Part shown: positions 37,931 to 47,790 of the stretch, piece after piece | How the letters are laid out: the number at the start of each line of letters is the position of its first letter | Numbering within the stretch: position 1 is the first letter of the stretch | From: Candidatus Woesearchaeota archaeon | Lineage (GTDB): Archaea > Nanobdellota > Nanobdellia > Pacearchaeales > GW2011-AR1 | Assembly: GCA_964482075.1 (NCBI GenBank) | Contig: CAYZVU010000001.1 | Span: forward strand, 343 to 64,342 | DNA length: 64,000 nt | Direction: 5' to 3' | The notes under the pieces: model-generated | The model's database searches: none | What the model saw: the letters and a program-made list of their open reading frames with translations, nothing else | What the model was told of the DNA's origin: nothing | Program-made: the position numbers and the translations under genes

Positions 37931-39469
37931 ATGAAATATCTTCAAGGAATTGAACCACGAGAATATCAGCAAAAGATTTTTGAAACTTGTGTTGAGAAAA
38001 ATTGCTTAGTTGTTTTGCCAACTGGCTTAGGGAAAACTCTTATTGCATTGATGTTAACTATCGAGCGGATGATGAAATTTCCTGGGCAGAAAGTTGTAAT
38101 TCTTGCCCCGACAAAACCCCTTGCTGAACAGCATTTAAATTCTTTTAAAAAATATCTCCCTGAATTATTTGGAGAACTGCAATTATTTACTGGGGCTGTG
38201 ACTGCTGAGAATAGGAAGAAAATTTGGAGAACTGCAGATATTATCTTTTCAACTCCGCAATGTGTTGCAAATGATATTAAGAAAAATCTTTATGATTTAT
38301 CAGAAGTTTGTTTGCTTGTTGAAGATGAGGCTCATCGTTGTGTTAAAAATTATGATTATAATTTTCTTGCGAAGAGATATTTGTATCAGGCAGAAAATCC
38401 TAGAATTATTGGGCTGACTGCTTCGCCAGGAAGTGATGCTGGGAAGATTAAAACTATTTGTAGGAATTTGTCTGTGAACGCTGTTGAGTTGAGGACGCGG
38501 GAAAGTGAAGATGTTAAGAAATATTTGCAGGAGAGAGAATATGAGAAGGTTATGGTTGATTTTCCTCCAGAGTTTGAAGAAATGAGACATGTTCTTTTGA
38601 AATTATTTAATAAATATGTGGAAGAATTAAAATATAGGAAGGTTCTTTTTGGCCCTGTTTCAAAAATTGCTTTGATTAAACTTCAACAGAGAATCATGGG
38701 AACTTTGGCGAAGGGATTGAAGAATTGGAATTATATGCTTGGCGCTTCAGCTTGTGCACAGGCGATTAAAATCCAGCATGCCTTGGAATTATTAGAGACT
38801 CAGACTTTAGAAAGTTTTCATGTTTATTTGAAAAAACTTTTTGACGAGGCTGCAAAGAAAAAAAGCAAAGGGGTTGTAAAATTAGTTGCAAAGCCGGAAT
38901 TTAATTATGTTTTTATGACTTCAAATGAATTGCTTTCTAAAAAACGGGAACATCCGAAGATTCAGAAATTGATGGAAATTGTAGAAAGAGAAAGAAAAAA
39001 CAATAGTAAGATGAAAATAATATTATTCACACAATTTAGAGACAGCGCGGTTGTTATTAATAAAAATTTAAATGAGTTGGAAGGAATTAAAGCTAAAATT
39101 TTTGTTGGGCAGGCGAAGAAGAAAGGATTGGGGATGAATCAAAAAGAGCAGAAGAAAATTATTGAAGAATTTTCTGCAGGAGATTTTAATGTTTTGTGTG
39201 CGACTTGTATTGCTGAAGAGGGATTAGATATTCCTGAAGTTAATGCTGTGATTTTTTATGAACCTGTTGCGTCTGCTATTCGAACCATTCAGAGGGCAGG
39301 AAGAACTGCGCGTTTGATGAAGGGCAAGATGATTATGCTGATAACAAAAAAAACTAGGGATGAAGTTTATTTTTATGTTTCAAGGGCTCGAGAGAAAGGA
39401 ATGAGCAAGGCGATTGAGAGTGTTAGAGATGGTTTAGGGGAAAAAAGTGAGAGGCAGAAAGTTTTATAA
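37931..39469 (+). CDS. hef: Hef/FANCM-like SF2 helicase (helicase domain only)
   Basis: Motif I VLPTGLGKT, motif II VEDEAHRC (DEAH) and motif VI QRAGRTAR; the N-terminus EPREYQQKIFE matches Hef/Mph1. There is no ERCC4 nuclease domain. Confidence 0.65.
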   Translation: MKYLQGIEPREYQQKIFETCVEKNCLVVLPTGLGKTLIALMLTIERMMKFPGQKVVILAPTKPLAEQHLNSFKKYLPELFGELQLFTGAVTAENRKKIWRTADIIFSTPQCVANDIKKNLYDLSEVCLLVEDEAHRCVKNYDYNFLAKRYLYQAENPRIIGLTASPGSDAGKIKTICRNLSVNAVELRTRESEDVKKYLQEREYEKVMVDFPPEFEEMRHVLLKLFNKYVEELKYRKVLFGPVSKIALIKLQQRIMGTLAKGLKNWNYMLGASACAQAIKIQHALELLETQTLESFHVYLKKLFDEAAKKKSKGVVKLVAKPEFNYVFMTSNELLSKKREHPKIQKLMEIVERERKNNSKMKIILFTQFRDSAVVINKNLNELEGIKAKIFVGQAKKKGLGMNQKEQKKIIEEFSAGDFNVLCATCIAEEGLDIPEVNAVIFYEPVASAIRTIQRAGRTARLMKGKMIMLITKKTRDEVYFYVSRAREKGMSKAIESVRDGLGEKSERQKVL

Positions 39470-39490
39470 ACAGAAAATTGTCTCTATTTC

Positions 39491-39612
39491 TGAAACGGCC
39501 ATAGTAAGTTGGTAATACCTGTTCCCTTTCCGAACACAGAAGTCAAGCATCTTACGCGGTTTGTGTTAGTGCCCGGCAAGGTGTCAAGCATCCGTGCTGT
39601 TTCGTTTTTATT
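39491..39612 (+). rRNA. rrf: 5S ribosomal RNA
   Basis: GC-rich island ACGGCCATAG...CCUGUUCCCUUUCCGAACACAGAAGUCAAGC...GCGG...UAGUGCCCGGCAAGGUG. It carries the conserved loop C/helix III CCGAACnnnGAAGUyAAGC signature, and its ends can pair (GAAACGG/CUGUUUC). Ends are +/-5 nt. Confidence 0.7.
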
Positions 39613-39652
39613 TTTTCGAGCAATTTTTATACTATTAATCATTCTTTATTTT

Positions 39653-39916
39653 ATGAAAATTAAGGAATCTAGAACAGAAGTTGAAAAAGAAGTTAATGAA
39701 TTTTTTGAAAATATTCAAAATAAAACTCCCAAGGAAATTAAGAAAATTAAAAGACGCGCCATGGGAAAGAATATTGCCTTGAAAGATAGAAAAAAATTAT
39801 TCTGTGGAAAATGCTTAAATCCATATTCGGGTAAGGAAAAAGTTCGAATTAAAGATGGGATTAAATCTATAACTTGTAATAATTGTGAAAAAATTTCTAG
39901 ATGGAAAATTAAATAA
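39653..39916 (+). CDS. rnp4: RNase P protein subunit Rpp21/Rpr2
   Basis: Helical N-terminus followed by a CGKCLNPYSG...VRIKDGIKSITCNNCEK zinc ribbon, typical of Rpp21. The start is the ATG at 39653, because the track's 39509 start would run through the 5S rRNA. Confidence 0.65.
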   Translation: MKIKESRTEVEKEVNEFFENIQNKTPKEIKKIKRRAMGKNIALKDRKKLFCGKCLNPYSGKEKVRIKDGIKSITCNNCEKISRWKIK

Positions 39917-39938
39917 AGTAGAGTAAACTAAATAAATT

Positions 39939-40151
39939 ATGGCTTATGAATTGTCTGATAAAAGGAAAAATGAAATAAGAGACCGTATGGCTTTAGCGAG
40001 AAAAGTTATTACAGAAGACCCTAATAAATTGATAAGCATGATTGAGGATGTGAAATATGCTGCGAAAATGTCTTTAAGAAAATTAGCAACTGGACAAAGG
40101 GAAGAGATATATAATTTAAGACTCCAAAAATATTCTCTTGGTTCTTGTTAA
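39939..40151 (+). CDS. Hypothetical small helical protein (70 aa)
   Basis: Clean ORF after rpp21; no motif recognised. Confidence 0.35.
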   Translation: MAYELSDKRKNEIRDRMALARKVITEDPNKLISMIEDVKYAAKMSLRKLATGQREEIYNLRLQKYSLGSC

Positions 40152-40208
40152 AATTATTGTGATTATGATTTCTTAAAATCTTTTAAAAATTTAAATGTGG
40201 AAAATTAA

Positions 40209-40436
40209 TTAACATACCTTTTTCGGTTCTGTAGTCCATAAACTTTTGCGTTTCATTAAAGATAATTCTACTTCTGAAAATTCCTTCTTAATTCCCAATC
40301 TTTGAATTAGTGAAGGACCATCATCAGATTTTTGCCTGGCCTCAACATCATTTTTTGCATAGAATCCTACAGACCTCTGTTTCCCATTTATAGAATAAAT
40401 TGCACGATAATTATTTTGGGGTGGACCTAAAGACAT
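40209..40436 (-). CDS. Hypothetical small protein (75 aa) downstream of rpoN
   Basis: Co-oriented with rpoN across a 40-nt gap; no motif recognised. Confidence 0.35.
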   Translation of the reverse strand: MSLGPPQNNYRAIYSINGKQRSVGFYAKNDVEARQKSDDGPSLIQRLGIKKEFSEVELSLMKRKSLWTTEPKKVC

Positions 40437-40476
40437 AATAAAATAAAAGATAGTTTATTTATAAGAATTATTGTGA

Positions 40477-40674
40477 TTAACTTTTCTTAAACTTTCCAAC
40501 TAACTCAATTAAATCTGTTTGTCCAAGAAACATTGATCTGCAACAGTATCTTTCTAAGCCAAGCTCATCAAGAACCTTTTTCGCGTTTTCGCCTTCTGAG
40601 ACTCGCTTTTTGAATTGTTCCCAAAGCTGAGCAATTGGCTTTCCGCATGAAAAACATCTAACTGGAATTATCAT
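40477..40674 (-). CDS. rpoN: DNA-directed RNA polymerase subunit N (Rpo10/RPB10)
   Basis: MIIPVRCFSCGKPIA...YCCRSMF is the canonical RpoN zinc bundle. Confidence 0.9.
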   Translation of the reverse strand: MIIPVRCFSCGKPIAQLWEQFKKRVSEGENAKKVLDELGLERYCCRSMFLGQTDLIELVGKFKKS

Positions 40675-40748
40675 ATAATTAATGCTGAAATTTAGTTTAT
40701 AAAACTTACGACAGATATATTTAAATAGAAAAACAGAGAATATACTCT

Positions 40749-41525
40749 ATGGCAGAAAAAAGGTCTACGGTGATTCAATTAAAGGATGTTTTTAAATATT
40801 ATAAAATGGGGGATGTGACTGTTAAGGCAGTTGATGGAGTTAATATTTCAATTAAGAAAGGTGAGTTTGTTGCGATTATGGGGCCTTCTGGTTCTGGGAA
40901 ATCTACTAGCATGAATCTTGTTGGAAGCTTGGATGTTCCAACAAAAGGGAAGATTTTCTTAGGTGGAGAAGATATTTCAAAATTAGAAGAATCTGACTTA
41001 GCTCAAATTCGTGGAAAGAAAATTGGATTTATTTTTCAGTCATTTAATTTAATTCCTAACTTAACTGTTAAAGAAAATATTATGTTGCCGATGATGTTTC
41101 AAGGTGTTGAAAAAGAAGAGAGGTCAGAAATTGCTGAGAAATTATTAGATAAGGTGGATTTAGGAGATAGAGGAGACCATTATCCTAATCAGATTTCTGG
41201 GGGACAAATGCAAAGAGTTGCGATTGCGCGTGCTTTATCAAATGACCCGGAAGTTATTTTGGCTGATGAACCAACAGGAAATTTAGATACAAAAACTGGA
41301 GAAAAAGTTATGGATTTTTTGAAGCAGTTGAATAAAGAAGGAAAGACAATAATTATGGTTACTCACGAGCCTGAATTAGCTGAGGCTTATGCTGAAAAAG
41401 TTTATTGGCTGAAAGATGGGAAGGTTGCAAAAATAACTCATAAAAAAAATGGTTTTAAAGTCGTGCATACAGAAAGAAGTTTGTATGGAAAGAAAAGTTC
41501 TAAAGGTAAAAAGAGGAAGAGGTAG
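40749..41525 (+). CDS. ABC transporter ATP-binding protein (MacB/LolD/FtsE-like)
   Basis: Walker [13 protein letters not shown] signature [15 protein letters not shown], Walker [12 protein letters not shown] and an H-loop. Confidence 0.9.
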   Translation: MAEKRSTVIQLKDVFKYYKMGDVTVKAVDGVNISIKKGEFVAIMGPSGSGKSTSMNLVGSLDVPTKGKIFLGGEDISKLEESDLAQIRGKKIGFIFQSFNLIPNLTVKENIMLPMMFQGVEKEERSEIAEKLLDKVDLGDRGDHYPNQISGGQMQRVAIARALSNDPEVILADEPTGNLDTKTGEKVMDFLKQLNKEGKTIIMVTHEPELAEAYAEKVYWLKDGKVAKITHKKNGFKVVHTERSLYGKKSSKGKKRKR

Positions 41526-42743
41526 ATGATCCAAGATTATTTTGCATTATCCTTGAAAAACTTAAAACATAGAGGTATTCGTTCGTGGCTAACTCTTCTT
41601 GGAATCTTTATTGGAATTCTCGCTGTGGTGTCCTTAATTAGTTTGGGAAGTGGATTGAAGCTTGGTGTGATGTCTCAGTTTGGAGTTAGCTCTACAGATA
41701 TAATTACTGTTCAAGCAGGAGGGTTGAATAATTATGGGCCTCCAGGTTCTGGTGTAGTAAATGCTCTAACTGAGGAAGATGCTGAAGCAATTGAAAAGTT
41801 AAGTTTAGTTGAAAAAGCAATTCCAAGGTACCTCCCTTCTGGAAAATTAGAATTTAATGATAAAGTTAATTTTGGTTATGCTATGTCTGTTCCAGATAAT
41901 CCAAATAGGAAATTAACTTATGATATATTAGAGTTAGAGGCAGAATATGGGAGATTGCTTAAGGATGGAGATATGAATAAAGTTCTTTTGGGAAATAATT
42001 TTTATGCAGACAAAGCTGGTTTTGATAAAAAAATTGTTCCGGGAAATACAATTATTTTGCAGGATAGAAAATTTCAAGTTGTTGGAATTGCAAAAAGGAA
42101 AGGAAGTTTTGTTTTTGATAATGTTGTTTATGTAAATGAAGATGTTTTAAAAGATTTAATGAATATTGGGGATGAAGTAGATATTATTGCTGTTAGAGTT
42201 AAGGATAAAGATTCCATAGGAAAAGCTAAGGAGGATATTGAAAAACTTTTGAGGAAGATAAGGAGTGTTAAGGAAGGGGAAGAGGATTTTGAGGTTTCAA
42301 CTCCAGATTCTTCCTTGAAAACGGTTAATAGTATTCTTGGGGGGGTTCAGGCGTTTATTATTGTGATTGCAAGTATGTCTATTTTGGTTGGATCATTGGG
42401 AATTGTAAATACTATGACAACTTCTGTTTTAGAAAGAAAAAAACAAATTGGAATTATGAAAGCAATTGGTGCACGGAATAAAGATATTTTTTATAACTTT
42501 TTTATTGAGGCTGGTTTGATGGGATTGATTGGAGGAATTTTTGGAGTTGTGTTTGGAGTTATTATTGGTTATATTGGAACTGTTGGAATTAATAATTTTA
42601 TTGGAGCTTCTGTAAAACCTGAAATTGATTTTATTTTTATAATTCTTGTTTTAATTGGAAGTTTTTTAATTGGGTCTGTTGCAGGAATTACTCCTGCTAT
42701 GAATGCGGCTAAACAAAATCCCGTGGAGGCCTTGAGAGGATGA
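41526..42743 (+). CDS. ABC transporter permease, FtsX/MacB family (with large periplasmic domain)
   Basis: N-terminal TM helix, a ~230-aa extracytoplasmic domain and a C-terminal 3-TM FtsX domain (VLERKKQIGIMKAIGA). It is ATGA-coupled to the ATPase. Confidence 0.85.
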   Translation: MIQDYFALSLKNLKHRGIRSWLTLLGIFIGILAVVSLISLGSGLKLGVMSQFGVSSTDIITVQAGGLNNYGPPGSGVVNALTEEDAEAIEKLSLVEKAIPRYLPSGKLEFNDKVNFGYAMSVPDNPNRKLTYDILELEAEYGRLLKDGDMNKVLLGNNFYADKAGFDKKIVPGNTIILQDRKFQVVGIAKRKGSFVFDNVVYVNEDVLKDLMNIGDEVDIIAVRVKDKDSIGKAKEDIEKLLRKIRSVKEGEEDFEVSTPDSSLKTVNSILGGVQAFIIVIASMSILVGSLGIVNTMTTSVLERKKQIGIMKAIGARNKDIFYNFFIEAGLMGLIGGIFGVVFGVIIGYIGTVGINNFIGASVKPEIDFIFIILVLIGSFLIGSVAGITPAMNAAKQNPVEALRG

Positions 42744-43690
42744 AAATAAGAGATGAAAAAATAATTGAGAAAGTGATCAAATCAGTCTTTGCAAATTCTA
42801 CTCTTGAAAAGCATGAAAGGTTTTCTACTGGGCTAGTAAGCCCTACCTTTAAGGTGTTTATTAAAAACCCAACTAAAGTGATTGTTACAAAATTTACTAA
42901 ATTAAAAAGAGAAAAAATTTCTCGCAAAAATAATAAGATATTGAATTACCTAAATGAGAAATCAATTTCTGTGCCGAAAGTTTTTTTTGAAGGCGTTAGA
43001 AATAAAAAATTTATTACTCTTATGGAATTTCTTCCAGGAGATGTTGGAAGTGAAATTTATAGAAACTCTAAGAATAATTTAAAGAAAAAGATTTTAGTTA
43101 ATTTTGGAAGAATTTTGAAAAATATTCATAATCTCAAAATACCCTCTTTTTGGTCACACCAAAAACATGAGATAAAAAATAAAAAAGAATGGAAAGCTTG
43201 GACAAAACTAAGAATTGATAAATATCTTAAATTTTTTAAAAGAAAATTAACTAATTATAAACTATTGGAAGAAGAGCTAAATGTTTTCTGGGATATCTTG
43301 AAAGAAGAAAAAATTGACCTTGTTCCCTTACATTGGGATTTCCATCTCCATAACGTTAATGTTAATTCTAAGGGGGATATTGTTGGAGTTTTTGATTTTG
43401 ATAATGCGATGAAGGGACATAGCCTTTCAGATATTGGGCAGGCTTTCTATTGGATGATTTTTGAGATGGATGATCCCAAAAGTTTTGGAAATTTCTTAAA
43501 AGGATATAAAAATAATTTTTCCAAAAAAGAATTGAAACTTATTCAGGGGTATTTCTTATTACATCTCTTGGCTGTATCTAGAAGTATTTGGTTTAGAAAA
43601 AATAGTTTGGAGTGGATTATTGAGAAACATAAAAATATCTTAGATGATTTTTTTAGGGGCAAAATAAATTTGGAGAAAATATCAAAATGA
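42740..43690 (+). CDS. Aminoglycoside/choline-kinase-like phosphotransferase (APH fold)
   Basis: Catalytic loop HWDFHLHNVNV (HxDxxxxN) and the DFD motif (VFDFDNA), embedded in the ABC operon by overlapping stop/start. Confidence 0.65.
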   Translation: MKIRDEKIIEKVIKSVFANSTLEKHERFSTGLVSPTFKVFIKNPTKVIVTKFTKLKREKISRKNNKILNYLNEKSISVPKVFFEGVRNKKFITLMEFLPGDVGSEIYRNSKNNLKKKILVNFGRILKNIHNLKIPSFWSHQKHEIKNKKEWKAWTKLRIDKYLKFFKRKLTNYKLLEEELNVFWDILKEEKIDLVPLHWDFHLHNVNVNSKGDIVGVFDFDNAMKGHSLSDIGQAFYWMIFEMDDPKSFGNFLKGYKNNFSKKELKLIQGYFLLHLLAVSRSIWFRKNSLEWIIEKHKNILDDFFRGKINLEKISK

Positions 43691-44070
43691 AACTTTATCA
43701 TGGCTCCACAAAAAAATTGAAAGTGCTAAAGCCTACCCTAGCCAAAGGAATTAATAAATTTGAAAATCAGAAAGCTATTTTTTTATGTAAAACTTTTAAT
43801 CATGCTGCGCTCTATGCAATTGGAAAAAATTTAAAGAATAAAAATTCTTTTTTAATTAAACCAAATAAATTAATAATTGCTGGAAAACCAAAATTATCTT
43901 CAGGCTATGTTTATGAAGTTAATGTTTCTGCAAAAAAAGGACCAAGAGAACAATATTCTTTTGATAAAGAAATTAAAGATTTTAAAATTAAAAAAGTCTC
44001 TTGGAAAGATTATTTTAGTAAAATTCTTTTTGTAAAAACAAAGGAGGAATTATTAAAACATTTAAAATGA
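43687..44070 (+). CDS. Hypothetical protein (127 aa)
   Basis: ATGA-coupled both to the kinase upstream and to the permease downstream. The N-terminus is MKLYHGSTKK; no confident family assignment. Confidence 0.4.
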   Translation: MKLYHGSTKKLKVLKPTLAKGINKFENQKAIFLCKTFNHAALYAIGKNLKNKNSFLIKPNKLIIAGKPKLSSGYVYEVNVSAKKGPREQYSFDKEIKDFKIKKVSWKDYFSKILFVKTKEELLKHLK

Positions 44071-45278
44071 TAATCTCAGAAGAAAACATAAAATATTCGT
44101 TGAAGAATTTGTATCAACGAAAGTCTAGAAGTTTGCTAACGATTGTTTCAATCTTCGTCGGAATAATGACTATTTTTGTTTTTATTAGCTTCGGACTTGG
44201 GCTCTATAGTTATGTTGGAGAATTTACAACAGGTTCGTCTGCAGATAAAGTAATTATTCAGCCAAGAGGGTCTGGTATGCCAGGATTAGATAATACATTT
44301 GCTTTGACTGACGATGATTTAGATGCTATTTCAAAAACGTCTGGAGTTTATGAAGCAAGTGGTGTGGTTTTCAAGGTTGTTGAAGTTGAAAAAAGTGGGG
44401 CTAAAAAATATACTTTTATGATGGGTTATGATCCGAAGACGCCGTTAATTATGGAATTTTTTGATATGGATATGGATAAGGGAAGATGGTTAAAATCAGG
44501 TGAAAAAAATAAAGCTATTTTTGGTTATAATTATCAAATTGATGATAGGATTTTTTCAAGAGGTTATGATTTAAATGATAATTTAAAAGTTGATGGTGGG
44601 AAAATAAAAGCTGTTGGGTTTTTTGAATCTGTTGGGAGCCCGCCAGATGATGCACAGATTTATGTTACAAATGATTTTATTGAGGAATTGTATCCCAATG
44701 AAACCATTTCTTATGGTTGGATTATTGCAAGAGTTGACCCCTCAAATATAGATAATGTTGTTGAAAATATTGAAAAAAATTTAAGAAAAGAAAGAGATTT
44801 AGAAAAAGGAAAAGAAGATTTCTATGTTCAATCATTTCAAGATATGATGGAAACTTATGCAAATGTTTTAAATGGTATTGTTGGCTTTATTATTTTAATT
44901 GCTTTGATTTCTGTTTTTGTTTCTGCTATTAATACTGCCAATACTATGATTACCTCTGTGTTGGAAAGATATAAAGAAATTGGGATTATCAAATCTATTG
45001 GGGCTAGAAACTCTGAGATTTTTAAAATCTTTTTATTTGAATCTGGATTTTTAGGATTTGTTGCAGGGGTTGTTGGTGTTTGGTTTGGGTTTTCATTTAG
45101 TTTTATTGGAGGAAAATTATTAACTAATTTAGGCTGGGGATTTTTAAGTCCAAGTTATCCTGCTTCACTTTTTATTGGATGTATTTTATTTGCAACAATA
45201 ACTGGTGCAATTTCTGGAGTTATTCCTGCTATGAAAGCTTCGAAGATTAATCCTGTAGATGCCTTACGTTACGAATAA
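44067..45278 (+). CDS. ABC transporter permease, FtsX/MacB family (second copy)
   Basis: Same architecture as the 41526 permease (VLERYKEIGIIKSIGA; 4 TM helices), clearly paralogous. Confidence 0.85.
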   Translation: MIISEENIKYSLKNLYQRKSRSLLTIVSIFVGIMTIFVFISFGLGLYSYVGEFTTGSSADKVIIQPRGSGMPGLDNTFALTDDDLDAISKTSGVYEASGVVFKVVEVEKSGAKKYTFMMGYDPKTPLIMEFFDMDMDKGRWLKSGEKNKAIFGYNYQIDDRIFSRGYDLNDNLKVDGGKIKAVGFFESVGSPPDDAQIYVTNDFIEELYPNETISYGWIIARVDPSNIDNVVENIEKNLRKERDLEKGKEDFYVQSFQDMMETYANVLNGIVGFIILIALISVFVSAINTANTMITSVLERYKEIGIIKSIGARNSEIFKIFLFESGFLGFVAGVVGVWFGFSFSFIGGKLLTNLGWGFLSPSYPASLFIGCILFATITGAISGVIPAMKASKINPVDALRYE

Positions 45279-45432
45279 ATTTTAGAGGATTTATTATATT
45301 CTTAGAAGGTTGAAGATAAAAAACTAAAATTATCTACTTAATTAATGAGAAAACTCCGCGGTTTTATCAAAGATAAATCCAAATAATTAGCTTCACCGAA
45401 AATATTTTAAACAACTATTCCCCTAATTCTTT

Positions 45433-45651
45433 ATGAAAAATCAAATATTAGATTCAATAAAAAAATATTTTTTTAGATTCATAAAAAAAATGAAATGGTG
45501 GATTGTCTTTGGATTTTTATTTTTTGGATTAACTGGTTTAAGTAGTTCCGAAGGAGATTTTATAATTTTTCTTTATACTTTCTTGCCTTATATTTTAGGT
45601 TTTTCTGTTGCTTTAATAATTATTTATTATTTTAAATATGGAGAAAAATAA
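45433..45651 (+). CDS. Small membrane protein (72 aa)
   Basis: Two predicted TM helices; no motif. Confidence 0.3.
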   Translation: MKNQILDSIKKYFFRFIKKMKWWIVFGFLFFGLTGLSSSEGDFIIFLYTFLPYILGFSVALIIIYYFKYGEK

Positions 45652-45660
45652 AAATTAACG

Positions 45661-45993
45661 ATGGTAAGCGAATGGATAATTGAAGCAAGAGAAAATTGGG
45701 CTTATCAAAAACTTAAACAAAAATTTAAGGATGAAGAGATTTTAAAATTTAATATAACCATCACAAACCAACATTTTTCTTATTTAATAAAGAAAGATGA
45801 TTTGAAATTTTCTGGAAAAACAATTATATTCCCAAGTGATTTTTATATGTTTTTTTGGTTTATAAAAAATCTTTTCGAAAAAGATGAAGAAGTCAAATTT
45901 AAAAGATATGAGGCGGATAGAATGGACATGATATTTGTAGGCCCAGGAGTTCCGGGACAAGAAAGCTTTGTATATAACCTTAAAATTAAATAA
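45661..45993 (+). CDS. Hypothetical protein (110 aa)
   Basis: Clean ORF; no motif recognised. Confidence 0.35.
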   Translation: MVSEWIIEARENWAYQKLKQKFKDEEILKFNITITNQHFSYLIKKDDLKFSGKTIIFPSDFYMFFWFIKNLFEKDEEVKFKRYEADRMDMIFVGPGVPGQESFVYNLKIK

Positions 45994-46030
45994 AAACAAA
46001 CTTCTTTTTTAAAAAAAAGAAACAAAAAAA

Positions 46031-46897
46031 TCACTTATGCAAACTTTTATGTTTTGCCTTTTTCTTTTTTTGTCTTCTATAAATCCAATAAATAAATCCA
46101 GCAATTACTATTAAAATTAAAATATATGTTGAAGTTGATAATCCTTTACTTTCCCCATTTCTCCCTTCAAACATTTCTGGATTAAAGTAAACTTTTTCCG
46201 TAGTAGTTCGTCGTGTGTTGATTTCGTCGCTGTAATAAATTGTTAATTCAATTTCCCCTTCTTCTGGACTTGCCTCAAACTCTGCGGTTGTGTAATCATT
46301 TGAATCTAAATCCCCTACAATATTAATACTTGAACCCTTTACATTAATATTTTCTTGTTCAGGAATTTCAATTGTTAAAGCCTCTACATCGCTTTCCCCA
46401 ATGTTTAAAATTTCTAATGTTAAAATTTTTGTAGAGGGTTGATAATCTTTAATATAAACTTCGAAATCAACTCTAACATCTTCTACATGTAAATTAAATT
46501 GCTTTGAAAGTGTTGATTGGGTTATTAATCCTGAGGAATATAAAACCTCAAGAGGGTTATCTCCTTCAAGAGCATCTGGGTCTACCCTCACTTTGAAGGG
46601 CACCATTAAAGAAGAACTATAATCCTTTGTAAATGTCCCTGCTTTTATTTCTACTCTTGACTCCACATTTGGGTCAAAAGAAATTGGGTATTTTGGGACA
46701 AGCTCAAACACAACATTTTGACAATCTGCATTTTCTACACCTGTTATTTGAAAAACTAATTTTACATAATCCCCTGGGACAGCAGGATATGGGTCTTGAT
46801 TTAATAGAGAAACCTCTAAATTACAAGGAGAACTAGCACTTACAAGTGTAATTAATAATAAAGCGCATGCAAATAACATCAATCCTCTTTTTAACAT
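46031..46897 (-). CDS. Cell-surface protein with signal peptide, beta-rich ectodomain and C-terminal TM anchor
   Basis: Signal peptide MLKRGLMLFACALLLITLVSASS, ectodomain repeats resembling CARDB/S-layer-type beta-sandwich domains, and a C-terminal TM helix plus a KKKKAKHK tail. Confidence 0.5.
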   Translation of the reverse strand: MLKRGLMLFACALLLITLVSASSPCNLEVSLLNQDPYPAVPGDYVKLVFQITGVENADCQNVVFELVPKYPISFDPNVESRVEIKAGTFTKDYSSSLMVPFKVRVDPDALEGDNPLEVLYSSGLITQSTLSKQFNLHVEDVRVDFEVYIKDYQPSTKILTLEILNIGESDVEALTIEIPEQENINVKGSSINIVGDLDSNDYTTAEFEASPEEGEIELTIYYSDEINTRRTTTEKVYFNPEMFEGRNGESKGLSTSTYILILIVIAGFIYWIYRRQKKKKAKHKSLHK

Positions 46898-47031
46898 ATA
46901 TCCTATATTAGATTACTATTTATAAATCTTATGAAAAATCTAAATAAAAACCTTTAAATACCTTCAATATTTCAATTTTTTACCTGCGAGTTCACGCGTA
47001 AGCAGAAGATATTTTCTTCTGTAAATTTAAA

Positions 47032-47400
47032 ATGAAAAGTAAAACTAAAATTTCAAACCAAGCGAAAAGAAAATTTAATCCAGAATTAGTTGAAACTATT
47101 AAATTGTGTAAGAAAAAAGAAAATTCTTTAAAAATTGCTTCAATACTTTCTCAACCCAGAAGACAAAGAGTTAATTTAAATCTTAGAGAAATTAATGAGA
47201 AATCAAAAGAAGGGGAAAAAGTTCTCATCCCAGGAAAAGTTTTATCTCAAGGAGAATTAGATAAAAAAATTAAGATTGTTGCATTTAATTTTTCAGAAAA
47301 AGCAAGAGAAAAACTATTAAATTCAAAATGTGATATAAAAACGATTTTAGAAGAAATTAAATCAAATCCTGAAATGAAGGATATAAAAATAATCAGATGA
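47032..47400 (+). CDS. rpl18e: Ribosomal protein L18e
   Basis: KVLIPGKVLSQGELDKKIKIVAFNFSEKAREKL matches the L18e family; the gene is followed by L13 and S9 as in archaeal operons. Confidence 0.8.
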   Translation: MKSKTKISNQAKRKFNPELVETIKLCKKKENSLKIASILSQPRRQRVNLNLREINEKSKEGEKVLIPGKVLSQGELDKKIKIVAFNFSEKAREKLLNSKCDIKTILEEIKSNPEMKDIKIIR

Positions 47401-47789
47401 AAATTATAGACGGAACAAATGCGGTATTGGGAAGATTGGCTAGTTATGTTGCCAAAGAAACTCTAAAGGGTGAAGAAGTTGTTATTTTAAATTGTGATAA
47501 AGTAATTATTACTGGAAATCAAAAAACAACTGAAAGAGAATTTTTGGAAAAAAGAAGTAGATTTGGACATAGTCAAAAAGGGCCAAAACATATTAAGACT
47601 TCGGAGAGAATTGTAAAAAGAGCTATTAGGGGAATGTTGCCAAATCATAGGTTTGGGAGAGGAAGAGAGGCTTGGAAAAGAGTTATGTGCCACAATAAAG
47701 TCCCAAAAGAATTTGAAGATAAAAAAATGATCAAGGCTGGAAAGCCAAAAACATGTAAATATTCTGAGGTAAAACACTTTTCAAAATAA
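47397..47789 (+). CDS. rpl13: Ribosomal protein L13
   Basis: MKIIDGTNAVLGRLASYVAKETLKGEEVVILNCDKVIITG. Confidence 0.9.
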   Translation: MKIIDGTNAVLGRLASYVAKETLKGEEVVILNCDKVIITGNQKTTEREFLEKRSRFGHSQKGPKHIKTSERIVKRAIRGMLPNHRFGRGREAWKRVMCHNKVPKEFEDKKMIKAGKPKTCKYSEVKHFSK

Positions 47790-47790
47790 A

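Noticed and set aside
39509-39652. N-terminal 48 codons of track ORF 39509-39916.
   Set aside because: They overlap the 5S rRNA sequence. The Rpp21-like protein starts at the in-frame ATG at 39653.
46960-47010. GC-richer segment acctgcgagttcacgcgtaagcagaag upstream of L18e, considered as a hairpin or tRNA fragment.
   Set aside because: It has no convincing inverted repeat or tRNA-like structure, and is more likely just promoter or leader sequence.
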